A stretch of DNA of 64,000 nucleotides, from contig CAVZYM010000005.1 in the NCBI GenBank assembly GCA_963779495.1, positions 1,945,554-2,009,553 on the forward strand, in the 5' to 3' direction. The notes under the pieces were generated by a model. The model had not been told where the DNA came from. It saw only the letters and a program-made list of their open reading frames with translations, and ran no database searches. The DNA is from an uncultured Pseudomonadota bacterium. GTDB taxonomy: Bacteria > Myxococcota_A > Polyangia > Fen-1088. Below, piece after piece: positions 18,185 to 27,699 of the stretch (the stretch's first letter is position 1; each line of letters opens with the position of its first letter). Both the position numbers and the translations under genes were made by a program.

Positions 18185-18965
18185 CGGCACCGGAACGTAG
18201 CACGCGTCGTCGGTTCGGGACCCCTCTCGGAGTTCCGAGCGCTCAGACGCCGAGCCGTCACCGAGCGCCTGCAGGAGCTTGCCGCCGTCCCCCTGGTAGG
18301 AGCTGCCGTGCATGATCGCCAGCGTGCGCGGCTCGGTGGCGGCGAGCTTGTTCAGGATCTCGCGGGCGTGGACCTCGACGGCCACGCTGGCCGGCATGGC
18401 GAGGCGCATCGCGTCCCACGGACCGAGCACGTCCCCCGTGGTCAGCGGCGGGACGTCGGTGCCGCCGTGCGTGAACAGATCCCCGCACAGCAGCGTTCGC
18501 GTCGACGACTCGAACATGTAGCCGCACTCCCAGTTGTGGGGGAGGTGCGGCGCATCCAGCCAGCGCAGGCGCTTGGTGGAGCCGATGCACCAGCTCCTCG
18601 CCGTCGGCCAGCGCGCGCGGCGGGCGGTCGGCGATGTCGCTGGAGGTCATCGCGGCGACCTGGCTGCAGACCGGCTGGGCCTGGGGCGCGATCGCCAGCC
18701 AGTTGTTCAGCGACCCGCACTCGTCGGATTCGACGTGCGAAAAGCCGATCCAGCGCAGCGACGCCGGGTCGATCACCTGCGCCATCGCCTCGCGCACCGA
18801 CGGGAACAGGCTGCGCATCCCGGTGTGGAACAGCAGCGGCTCGTCGTCGACGACCAGGAACTGGTTGAAGGTGAACCCGCCGGGAATGACGCTGGGGGGA
18901 ACCGGGGTGCTGAGGCGGTAGATGCCGGCGGAGATCTCGTGAACGGTGGTCTCTGAAGTGGTCAT
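18185..18965 (-). pseudogene. MBL-fold metallo-hydrolase, frameshifted near 18585-18595 and lacking a stop before the sigma gene
   Basis: GGAGG lies upstream of ATG 18965. N-terminal part MTTSE...ADGEEL is in one frame. Continuation [26 protein letters not shown]...[10 protein letters not shown]...IMHGSS is in another. No stop occurs before 18184. Confidence 0.7.
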
Positions 18966-19083
18966 GTGCATCCTCCACCCCGACGTACGGGCAGCCCGGC
19001 CGGCGTTACACGCCCGAGCCAAAAAAAGTTTCCCGGCCGAGCTTCCGGCGCGGCCATGCCAGACTGTCGGCCGGAGGTCCCCC

Positions 19084-19392
19084 GTGCTGGAGTTGAGACC
19101 GACCTGCGAGAACTGCAACAAGCCGCTCCCTCCGGACGCGCCCGACGCCCGCATCTGCACCTTCGAGTGCACCTTCTGCGCTGACTGCGTCGACCGCGTT
19201 CTGGGGGATGTCTGCTCGAACTGCGGCGGCGGCTTCATGCCGCGGCCGGTCCGACCGGCGACGAACTGGCGCGGCGACAACTACCTGGGCAAGTATCCGG
19301 CGCGGACCGAGGTGAAGCACCGTCCCGTCGACGCGGCGGAGCACGCGCGGTTCGCGGCGCGCCTCCGGGGGATCGCGCCCGACAAGCGCTAG
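19084..19392 (+). CDS. DUF1272 domain protein
   Basis: [17 protein letters not shown]...[11 protein letters not shown]...CSNCGG Cys-rich signature. GTG start at 19084. Confidence 0.7.
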   Translation: MLELRPTCENCNKPLPPDAPDARICTFECTFCADCVDRVLGDVCSNCGGGFMPRPVRPATNWRGDNYLGKYPARTEVKHRPVDAAEHARFAARLRGIAPDKR

Positions 19393-19516
19393 ACGTACGT
19401 TCGTCGAACGCTATGACCGCGATGTCGCGTTTCTGATCGGCCGGCGGGCGCGCGGCGGCGGCGGCGCCCGCTGCGCGGGCAGTTAGCGAGGCACACCGCT
19501 TGCTGACGCATCGGGG

Positions 19517-21394
19517 GTGAGCCGCGTCGACGACCTTCGACGGCGACTGGCCGATCGCCGCACGCGGCCGATCGTGAACGCTGCCGTCGCCGGCCTGTGG
19601 CTCGCGGGGGTCCTGCTTCGCTACCTCTTCATCCTGCGGGTTCACCACCCGCGCCACTACGTCCTCACCGACGCGCGCCAGCTGACCGACTCCGCGATGC
19701 GCATGGTGGGGTCGCCCGCGAACCAAACCCTCTTCGATACGATCTGGCCGCCGGGGGCGCCGGCGCTCATCGCGCGCCTCCTGGCCGGCGATCCGACCCT
19801 GGGGAGCGCGGCGCTGGTTCATTTCCTGCTGTCCTGCGCGCTGCCTCTGGTGGCCGCGCACACCGGCTACCTGATCGCGGGGCGTGGGGTCGCCCTGATC
19901 GTGCTGGCGGTCGCCTCGCTGCACTTCGGCTTCATCCACGGCGGCGGCTTCTTCCTCTCCGAGACGTTCTTCCAGATGGCGATGGCGGCGGCGATCTGGG
20001 CCACCGCCGCCGCGCTGGTCGTCGACGAATGGGTCGACACCCGCGGCGGCCCGCGGACGGCAGCCGTATTCCGCGCTGCGCTCGGCGCCGCGGTCGGCCT
20101 CGCCTGGGGGCTCGCCGCCAGCTTCCGCCCCAACGCGTTGCCGGTGGCCGCCCTGGTCGGCGGGGGCCTGGCGCTCCACTGGGTGCGGCGCGGGCGGGCG
20201 CGCTCCTGCTGGCTGCTGGCGGGCGGGCTCGCCGGGTTGACGCTGGCGCTGGCGCCGCTGGCCGATCGCTGCGGCGCGCTCAACGAGGGCCGTTTCTGCG
20301 TCGTCGCGACCAACGCGGCGATGAACGTGGCGCTGGGCCAGGTGGACGACGCCGCGGGGATCGAGTTCTTCGATCCCGCTCGCCCCGACCTGAACAGCTG
20401 GTGGCAGCCGCCCGGCCTGCTCCAGCACGGCTACCAGGGGATGCTGCGGATCCCGCACTCGATCTGGGACACCGGCGGCGTCGTCCGCTGGGCGCTGGCC
20501 CGCGCCTGGCGGGATCCCGAGCGCTTCGCTCTGCACACGCTCCGGAACGTCATCGACATCTTCCGGGTCGACTTCTGGCCGCCGGACCTCGCCCCCTGGC
20601 CCCCGTGGCCGCAGTTCGTGTCGGGCTGGCTCTTCCTCCTCGCCGTCGTGTTGCCGGCGCTGGCGTCGGCGCGGCGGCTGGCGCTGGGCGCGTACCGGCG
20701 CGAGCAGCGTTCGCCCTGGCCGGCTTTCCTCGTGACGACGCTGGCGGCGGTCATGGCGGTGGCCGCGGCCTCGATCGGCGAGCCGCGCTACCGGTTTCCC
20801 TTCGACGGCGTGCTCATCATCCTGGTGGCGGCCCGCTTCGCGGGGGTGTCGCTGGCCGAAAGGCGAGAGTTGCCGCCCTGCGACCGGCGCGTCGCCGTCG
20901 CCGGGCTGGTCGTCGTCGGGGCGCTGGCCGTGGCCACCGTGGCGGCGATCGTCGCCGTCAGCCACCCCGCGTCCCCCTACCGCCTGAACGCCGCCGAGGT
21001 CGCGGTCGGAGAGGGCCCGCCGCCCACCGTCCGCGGCGCCGACGACCTCCGGCGCCCGGTGGCGCCCCAGACCGCGTGGAACGCCCCCGGGAACCACCTG
21101 TTTCGCTGCCGCCCCGACTGCGCCGAGCTGCGGCTGACGTCGCCGGCCCTCCAGACCGCGGGCGAGGTCGAGGTCACCGTCGACAACAACGACGCCTACC
21201 GGCTGACCTGGTACCGCGCCGGTCGGCCGCTGGGGCACGTCGACCTGCCGCGCACCGAGGCCGCGGCGGGGTTGCGCCTGGCCCTGGTCGACGCGCCGCC
21301 GGCGGCCCGCGAGGGCTACGACGCGATCGGCGTGCTGCCGCTCTTCGGCGACGGTTCCTACGCGCTCGGCCACCTGCGACCTCTCGCGCCCTGA
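19517..21394 (+). CDS. polytopic membrane protein, possible GT-C-type glycosyltransferase
   Basis: 625 aa with more than 10 hydrophobic spans followed by a soluble C-terminal domain. The family assignment is a guess. Confidence 0.6.
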   Translation: MSRVDDLRRRLADRRTRPIVNAAVAGLWLAGVLLRYLFILRVHHPRHYVLTDARQLTDSAMRMVGSPANQTLFDTIWPPGAPALIARLLAGDPTLGSAALVHFLLSCALPLVAAHTGYLIAGRGVALIVLAVASLHFGFIHGGGFFLSETFFQMAMAAAIWATAAALVVDEWVDTRGGPRTAAVFRAALGAAVGLAWGLAASFRPNALPVAALVGGGLALHWVRRGRARSCWLLAGGLAGLTLALAPLADRCGALNEGRFCVVATNAAMNVALGQVDDAAGIEFFDPARPDLNSWWQPPGLLQHGYQGMLRIPHSIWDTGGVVRWALARAWRDPERFALHTLRNVIDIFRVDFWPPDLAPWPPWPQFVSGWLFLLAVVLPALASARRLALGAYRREQRSPWPAFLVTTLAAVMAVAAASIGEPRYRFPFDGVLIILVAARFAGVSLAERRELPPCDRRVAVAGLVVVGALAVATVAAIVAVSHPASPYRLNAAEVAVGEGPPPTVRGADDLRRPVAPQTAWNAPGNHLFRCRPDCAELRLTSPALQTAGEVEVTVDNNDAYRLTWYRAGRPLGHVDLPRTEAAAGLRLALVDAPPAAREGYDAIGVLPLFGDGSYALGHLRPLAP

Positions 21395-21417
21395 CCGGGG
21401 CGCGATAGGATTCCCTC

Positions 21418-22515
21418 ATGCTATGGCCCGCGGGCGCTGTCATCGTCGACGTCACCGTCACGCCGCTGTCGATCCCGCTGCGCGATCCGTTCGTGATCGC
21501 GACGGGGCGCATCGACGTCACGCGCGCCGCGCTGGTGCGGGCCACCCTTGCCGACGGGCGCGGCGCGCGGGCCACGGGGCTCGGCGAGAGCGCGGCGCTG
21601 CCGCCGGTCACGCGCGAGGACCAGCCGGAGCTTCTGGCCCAGATCGCCGCGGCGGCTCCCGGGCTGCGCGGCGCGCACCTCGAAGACGACGGGGCGCTGG
21701 CGGCACGGCTCGCGCGCGCGTCGCTCGGCAACGTCGCGCGGGCCGGGGTCGAGGCGGCGATCCTCGACGCGGCGGCGCGCCTGGCCGGGCTCCCGCTTCA
21801 CCGCGCGCTGGGCGGCGCCGGGGCGGCCCCGCTCATCACCGACATCACGCTGCCGATCTCGGACCCCGAACGAATGGCGGCGACGGCGGCCGGTCACGCG
21901 CGCAGCGGCTTCGGCTGCTTCAAGGTCAAGGTCGGCCGCGACTGGCGGGCCGACCTGGCGTCGCTGCGCGCGGTCGCGGCTGCCGTTCCGGGCGCGCGCT
22001 TCCGCCTCGACGCCAACGCCGGGTTCACGGCGGCGGAGGCGCTGGCGCTGCTCGACGCCGCGCTCGCCGACGGCCTGCCGATCGAGTGCTACGAGCAGCC
22101 CTGCGGCACCGACGACCTCGCCGGGATGGCCGAGGTGACGGCCCGCTCGCCGGTGCCGGTCGTCGCCGACGAGTCGTGCCGCGGGCCCGACGACCTCGAC
22201 CGCCTGCTCGCCGCGCGCGCGGCCCACGCGGTGAACCTGAAGCTGAGCAAGCTGGGCGGACCGCTCGCGGCGCTGGCGCTCGGCCGCCGCGCCCGCGCCG
22301 CCGGCCTGGGCCTGATGGCGGGCGCGATGGTCGAGACGCGCCTCGGCCTGCTGGCGATGGCCCACGTGGTCGCGGCGCTGGGCGGCGTCGAGTGGGTCGA
22401 CCTCGACACCGCCTTCCTGCTCGCCGCCGATCCGTTCACCGGCGGCTGGTACGCCGACGGGCCGCGGCTCGCGCTGACCGACGGGCCGGGGCTCGACGTG
22501 GCGGTCTCGGGCTGA
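21418..22515 (+). CDS. enolase-superfamily dipeptide epimerase (L-Ala-D/L-Glu epimerase-like)
   Basis: FKVKVG...RLDANAGF...YEQP...ADES...NLKLSKLGG pattern of MR/MLE-type enzymes. Confidence 0.8.
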   Translation: MLWPAGAVIVDVTVTPLSIPLRDPFVIATGRIDVTRAALVRATLADGRGARATGLGESAALPPVTREDQPELLAQIAAAAPGLRGAHLEDDGALAARLARASLGNVARAGVEAAILDAAARLAGLPLHRALGGAGAAPLITDITLPISDPERMAATAAGHARSGFGCFKVKVGRDWRADLASLRAVAAAVPGARFRLDANAGFTAAEALALLDAALADGLPIECYEQPCGTDDLAGMAEVTARSPVPVVADESCRGPDDLDRLLAARAAHAVNLKLSKLGGPLAALALGRRARAAGLGLMAGAMVETRLGLLAMAHVVAALGGVEWVDLDTAFLLAADPFTGGWYADGPRLALTDGPGLDVAVSG

Positions 22516-22530
22516 GCCCGCGGCGAACCT

Positions 22531-22971
22531 TCAGAAGAGCTCCTCGGCCAATGCGACGATGATGCCGGCGGGGCCTCGCATGTAGCAAAGCCTGTACTTG
22601 TCCTCGTACTGGGCCACCTCGCCGACGAGCTCGGCGCCGGTGGCGCGCAGGCGCGCGACGGTGTCGTCGACGCTTTCGACTGAAAACATGACGCTCCGGA
22701 GGCCCAGCGCGTTCGGCGGTGCGATCGCCGGTTCCAGCTTCACCAGCTTTGGATTGCGAAACTTCGTCAGCTCGAGCCGCCCGTGCCCGTCTGGGGTCCG
22801 CATCATGACGATGTCGACCCGAACACCTTCGAGCGCGTTCACGCGGTCCACCCACGGACCCTCGATCGGCGCCTCGCCTTCGATCGTCATGCCGAGCGCC
22901 GTGAAAAAAGCGATGGCGGCCGCAAGGTCGTCGACGACGACGCTGACGTGGTCCAATTTCTTGATCGTCAT
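22531..22971 (-). CDS. VOC (glyoxalase/bleomycin-resistance) family protein
   Basis: LDHVSVVVDDLAAAIAFF N-terminus and a paired beta-alpha-beta-beta-beta pattern. Confidence 0.75.
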   Translation of the reverse strand: MTIKKLDHVSVVVDDLAAAIAFFTALGMTIEGEAPIEGPWVDRVNALEGVRVDIVMMRTPDGHGRLELTKFRNPKLVKLEPAIAPPNALGLRSVMFSVESVDDTVARLRATGAELVGEVAQYEDKYRLCYMRGPAGIIVALAEELF

Positions 22972-23046
22972 GCCCCGAGTATCGCCGCGGCCGTGCGCGG
23001 CGGTCCAGGCCGACCGTTCTCGTGCGTTGGACGTGGTTGGCCGAAA

Positions 23047-24060
23047 CTAGATCCCGCTACGTCGCAGGATCTGCTTCGCGGATTCCTTGTCAGCCGTGAA
23101 CGTGAAGGCTTCGTAGATGCCGAAGGCGTTTTCGGGATCGACCATCCGCGGCGCCCCGAGCTCCAGCACGCGCAGCTTGGTCGCCGAGTACGCGACGAGA
23201 TCGATCAGGGTCCTGACCTGACCGACGCGGAAGTAGTTCCGGGTCGCCGCCTGCTGGATGACGGTGAGCTGCGACTCCGAGAAGCCCTCGTTGCGGACCG
23301 CGGCGACGAGCGCGCGGAACGGCTCCTCGTCCATCGGGCGCGGTCGCTGCTGGCGCGACTCGCGCGGGGGCGGCGGGGGAGGGGGCGGCGGCTGTCGCGG
23401 CACGTCCATCTCCGGCATCGGCGGCGGCGGATCCGACGGGCGGTAATGCGGACCAGGCGGACCAGGCGGACCAGGCGGCGGCCCCGGCGGCCGCTGCGGC
23501 GGATACATCGGGCGTGGCGGCGGTGGCGGCGGCGGCGCGAAGGGCTCGAAGGTCCAGAGCTGATCGGGGCCGCCGTCGCACGGCCACAAGATCACGTTGT
23601 CGCCGCGCGCGCCGTTGCGCCCGACGACATCCAGGCAGAGGCCGCGCTTGTTGTTGCGCAGCTCGAAGTTGCCGCGGCCGCGCCCGACCAGCGTCCAGCG
23701 CTGATCGTCCATGTTCTCGCAGCGGAACACGTCGACGTTCGCCCCCTGCGCCCCGTCGTAGCCGGCCGCGTCCAGGCAGGTCCCGTTCAGCGTGTTGCGC
23801 AGCTCGCCGCCGGGCGTGAAGGTCCAGACGTGGTCGGGATCGTTGTTGCACTCCCACAGCAGCACGTTGGAGTTCCCCTGCGCCGCCCACCCCGCGACGT
23901 CGAGGCACATCCCCTGCGCCGCGTTGCGCAGCCGCCCCGTTCCCGGCGGCGGCGACAGGGTGCGGACGCCGCGCCGCCATTGGGCTTCGGCCCGCGCGCC
24001 GGCGAGCGTGGCGGTGACGAGGGCGATGGCGACGATGGCGGTCTTGTAGGCGCGGGGCAT
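23047..24060 (-). CDS. secreted ricin-type beta-trefoil lectin, Pro-rich linker and DUF4476-like C-terminus
   Basis: Signal peptide. Three (Q/H)xW repeats (HVWTF, DQRWTL, DQLWTF). Poly-Pro stretch. C-terminal FSESQLTVIQQAA...FRVGQV resembles DUF4476. Confidence 0.75.
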   Translation of the reverse strand: MPRAYKTAIVAIALVTATLAGARAEAQWRRGVRTLSPPPGTGRLRNAAQGMCLDVAGWAAQGNSNVLLWECNNDPDHVWTFTPGGELRNTLNGTCLDAAGYDGAQGANVDVFRCENMDDQRWTLVGRGRGNFELRNNKRGLCLDVVGRNGARGDNVILWPCDGGPDQLWTFEPFAPPPPPPPRPMYPPQRPPGPPPGPPGPPGPHYRPSDPPPPMPEMDVPRQPPPPPPPPPRESRQQRPRPMDEEPFRALVAAVRNEGFSESQLTVIQQAATRNYFRVGQVRTLIDLVAYSATKLRVLELGAPRMVDPENAFGIYEAFTFTADKESAKQILRRSGI

Positions 24061-24275
24061 GGCGTCGCAGGCAAATCGACCAGTTGGTCCGCCCGCTTGA
24101 GGTGGGACGGGGCGCTGCCCGCGGACATTCAGCTTCCGCGCGGACAGCTGTAAACGCGGCGGGTGTGAGCGGACATCTGTCCGCGGCGGCCGGCGCGGTG
24201 GCGGCGTAAATCCGGCGCAATATGGCGGCTTTAGAGCGCGCCGTCGTGGCACACGAGGTGCTATTCCTGCGGGTC

Positions 24276-25838
24276 ATGTCGAGCTTTGTCCGGTCTCGCG
24301 TCGCGCCTCTGGTGGCCGTTCTCTCGCTGGGCGCTTGCGGGAGTAGCGCGATCCAGTGGCCCGGTGATGCCGGTGCGGTCGGCGGTTCGACCGCAGGTGC
24401 CGGCGGGTCGCTCGGCGGCGCAGGCGGCTCGCTCGGCGGCGCAGGCGGCTCGGCAGCAGGTGCCGGTGGGAGCGCGGTGGGCGGATCGGCGGCAGGTTCC
24501 GGCGGATCGGCAGCTGGCGCCGGGGGGAGCGCAGGCGGCGTTTCTCCGCCCGCCCCGATCGATCTGCGCTTCGAGGGTGGGTCTATGCGCAAGGCGCACC
24601 CGCTCGCCGACGGCGCGCTGGTGCTGATCGATCCGCCGCTGAACCTGAACGTCGACTGGGGACATCCCCGCCGTGAGCTGCGCGCGGTGGACGCCGGCGG
24701 TCACGAACGCTGGCACCTCTCCTCGGCGACCGATCGCGAGCTGCTCGATTTCGCGGCCCACCCGTCGGGGGAGGTGACCGCGCTGTTCGCGTCGGCCGCC
24801 GGTTTCCGGCTGGTTCGCCTCGACGCCGCGGGTGTGGTGCGCGCCGACTTCGCGTTGGTCGACGACGCCATCGACACCGATCCGCCGCAGCTTCCCGCCG
24901 GCGTCGTGACCGGCCAGATCGAGACGTCCACCCACGACGCCGGCGCCGTCGCCGTGCTGGGCGAGGACGCGGTAGTGGCGGTGCGGACCCGGCGGCACTC
25001 GGTCGTCGCGCACCGGTTCGCGTTCGCCAACGGGGCGTTCGCGCCGCGCTACCGGACGCTCGTCGTTCCGGGCTACCCGATCGGCGCGATCGGCCTGACG
25101 GGCGGCACCTATGACACCTTCGGCGCCGTCGATTCTCAGTTCTTCGTGCACCTCGCCATCGGTCCCGAGGGGACGACCTACGTCGGGATTCGCCACCCGG
25201 AGCTCTCCGCCGATCGCCTGGTGAAGGTCATCAAGGACGTGTTCGGCGAGACGCTGGCGACCGATCCCGACTGGACCGATAGCTACGTCACCCGCCTGGC
25301 GCCCACCGGCGCGCGGTTGGGGATCTCGGTGGTCGGCACCGAGCGCCCGGACGAGGTCTTCGGGCTGCGCGCCGTCACGGGCGGGGTCTGGGTGCTGGGA
25401 CGGAACGAGGTCTGGAACGCCCAGGGGACCGGCTTCGATGCCTTCATCGGTCACGTCGACGGCGCGACGGGCGCGGCGACGGTGCGCTCGCTCGACGTCG
25501 ACCTCGGCGACATCGCCTTCGACGCCGCGCCGCTGCCGGGCGGCGAGGTGATCGTCGTGGGCGCGAGCGGCTACGCCCAGAACCCGAGCGGCGCCAGCAT
25601 CACGGAGGCGTCGGCGCCGTTCGCGCGCTGGCTACGCGCCGACGGGAGCGTCGTCGCGGTGCCGCTGCCGACGGGGCCGCGCCACAACGAGGGGCGCTTC
25701 ATCGAGCTGCTGCCGACCGGCCGCCTGCTCGTCGGCGGGATGCTCGACGGGCCGGGCACGCACTCCTCGGACGGCGACTGGTCGCTGCTGACGGCGCGCG
25801 GGTTTCTCACCGAAGTGACGCTGCCGGCGACGCCTTGA
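24276..25838 (+). CDS. lipoprotein with Gly/Ala/Ser-rich linker and beta-rich domain
   Basis: Lipobox-like LSLGAC followed by (AGGS)n low complexity. No family recognised. Confidence 0.65.
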   Translation: MSSFVRSRVAPLVAVLSLGACGSSAIQWPGDAGAVGGSTAGAGGSLGGAGGSLGGAGGSAAGAGGSAVGGSAAGSGGSAAGAGGSAGGVSPPAPIDLRFEGGSMRKAHPLADGALVLIDPPLNLNVDWGHPRRELRAVDAGGHERWHLSSATDRELLDFAAHPSGEVTALFASAAGFRLVRLDAAGVVRADFALVDDAIDTDPPQLPAGVVTGQIETSTHDAGAVAVLGEDAVVAVRTRRHSVVAHRFAFANGAFAPRYRTLVVPGYPIGAIGLTGGTYDTFGAVDSQFFVHLAIGPEGTTYVGIRHPELSADRLVKVIKDVFGETLATDPDWTDSYVTRLAPTGARLGISVVGTERPDEVFGLRAVTGGVWVLGRNEVWNAQGTGFDAFIGHVDGATGAATVRSLDVDLGDIAFDAAPLPGGEVIVVGASGYAQNPSGASITEASAPFARWLRADGSVVAVPLPTGPRHNEGRFIELLPTGRLLVGGMLDGPGTHSSDGDWSLLTARGFLTEVTLPATP

Positions 25839-25840
25839 TC

Positions 25841-25877
25841 GAAAACCGCGGGCGCGACCTAGAGCCGCGCCCGCGGT
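25841..25877 (-). terminator. rho-independent terminator for the S8 peptidase gene (hairpin shared by convergent genes)
   Basis: Perfect 12-bp stem, ACCGCGGGCGCG (25845-25856) with CGCGCCCGCGGT (25866-25877), and a 9-nt loop. On the minus strand it is followed by TTTTC. Confidence 0.7.
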
Positions 25878-25896
25878 GTGAAAGCAGACGGACTGA

Positions 25897-27435
25897 CTAC
25901 TTGATCGCGGCCAGGGCGTCGACCTGGCCGGCGCCGTAGAAGTTGTTGTAGAACGCCGGCCCCTTGCAGGTCATCGGACCGAACCCGGCCGGATCGTAGG
26001 GGGCCGGCGGGCAGGCGAGCGGGTTCGCCGAGAGGCTCAACTTCACCAGCAGCGATTCAGGCGACAGCTTGCCGAACTTGCTGATCAGCAGCGCGGCCAC
26101 GCCGGTCACGTGCGGCGTCGCCATCGACGTCCCCTCCAGGTAGGCGTAGGTCGCGCACGGGGTCACCGAACAGTCCTGGATCTGACCGTCCCAGTCCGCG
26201 GAGAACTGGTAGTAGATGCTCTCTGGCGGGACGCTCGACAGCACGTATCCCGAAGCGGTCGTGTCCGTGACCAGCGGATTGGGGATCAATTCGTCCCCGC
26301 CCGGCGCGGTCAGATCGACGGCGCCGAAGCCGTAGTTCGAATAGAAGGCGAGCTTCTGGGTGACGCCGACCGAGCTGACGCCGATCACGCGCGGCAGCTG
26401 CACCGGGATCATCTTGCAGTCGGTCCCGCCGACGAGGTCGTCGAGCTTGGTCAGATCGAGCGCCAGGTTCCCAGCCGCGGCCACCAGCGTGATCTTCTTC
26501 TGCCCCGCCGCCAGCACCGCGCGGCGCACCATCTTGACGATCGCAGCCCGGTCGGGCTGATCGGCGCAGAAGATGTCGTCGATCGGGGCCGTGAACGGAT
26601 CGATCGTGAGGCTGGCGTTCATCAGATCGAAGTTGTGGCTGATCGCCCAGTCGATGCCGCAGAGGAAGGCGTCCGGGAAGACGAGGCCGAAGTTGGGATC
26701 GTTGACGTCGTCGACGGCGACCTTGACCGCGGCGAGGCTGACGCCCGGGGCGACGCCGACGATGCCGACGCCGTTCTTCTTGCCGGCGATGATGCCGGAC
26801 ATGTGCGTGCCGTGGCCGATCACGTCGGCCCAGGCGGCGGGGGCGTTGTTCGGTACGCCGCCGAGGCACGAGACGCTGGCGCCGGCGTTGACCTGGCCGG
26901 CCAGATCGGGGTGGCTGGCGTCGATGCCGGAGTCGAGCACGCCGACCAGCACCGATTTCTTGCCGCCGTTGATCGCGCGGGCCTGCGGGGCGTGGATCTG
27001 GTTCATGTCCCACTGGCGGAACGACAGCGGATCGCTGCCGGCGGCGGGGTGCGAGTTGTGCGAGTGGCGCGGGGAGGACGACCGCACCGCGCCGATGCCG
27101 GTGTGAACGGCGGCGACGGCGCCGACGGAATCGATGCCGGCGGTCGCCCGCAGCTTGGCGGCGAACGAGCTGCTCGACGACTTCGCGAGCACGACGCCGA
27201 CCCCGTTGTAGCGGGCGGCGATGGTCCCGCCGGCGGCTGAAACCAGGGCGGCGGCGTTCGCCGGGATCGACCCACCGGTGAACGAGACCAGGTACCCCTT
27301 GGAGGCGGCCGCGGTCACGGCCGCGGTCAATGTCGTGTCGTCAGCCGTGTCGACCGAGAGATCACCGCCGCAACCGACCGAAGCAAACGAAGCAACGAGT
27401 GAAGCTGCCAACAACCGACCAATCGATTCACGCAT
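25897..27435 (-). CDS. S8 family (subtilisin-like) serine peptidase, lipoprotein
   Basis: Catalytic triad contexts VGVLDSGID, HGTHMSGII and GTSMATPHVTG. GGAGGG lies upstream of ATG 27435. Lipobox SVGC. Confidence 0.85.
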   Translation of the reverse strand: MRESIGRLLAASLVASFASVGCGGDLSVDTADDTTLTAAVTAAASKGYLVSFTGGSIPANAAALVSAAGGTIAARYNGVGVVLAKSSSSSFAAKLRATAGIDSVGAVAAVHTGIGAVRSSSPRHSHNSHPAAGSDPLSFRQWDMNQIHAPQARAINGGKKSVLVGVLDSGIDASHPDLAGQVNAGASVSCLGGVPNNAPAAWADVIGHGTHMSGIIAGKKNGVGIVGVAPGVSLAAVKVAVDDVNDPNFGLVFPDAFLCGIDWAISHNFDLMNASLTIDPFTAPIDDIFCADQPDRAAIVKMVRRAVLAAGQKKITLVAAAGNLALDLTKLDDLVGGTDCKMIPVQLPRVIGVSSVGVTQKLAFYSNYGFGAVDLTAPGGDELIPNPLVTDTTASGYVLSSVPPESIYYQFSADWDGQIQDCSVTPCATYAYLEGTSMATPHVTGVAALLISKFGKLSPESLLVKLSLSANPLACPPAPYDPAGFGPMTCKGPAFYNNFYGAGQVDALAAIK

Positions 27436-27699
27436 AGTCCCTCCTTCACCGGGGGCCAAAATTGGCGCGCATCGACCGTACACGACGGCACGGCTGAGTT
27501 TCAATCGTTTGCGACGACGATCGGCGTCGACGTCATGAACGTGGCGCCGATCGTCGTCGATCGTTGGTCAACGATTGGATGTAGGTTGATGAACGTTTGA
27601 ACGGTTCGTTGGCGTTGATTGCTGACTGATTTCGCGAGGGTCGAAGCGATGCGGCTGCCGATCCGCCTTGCCGATCGGGCGTTTGCCGACTAGGGATCC

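Noticed and set aside
17636-18517. Genuine MBL-hydrolase / ECF sigma fusion protein
   Set aside because: The MBL part is already frameshifted upstream. The junction sequence is low-complexity, and the sigma factor has a plausible start of its own. Stop loss in a decaying gene is more likely.
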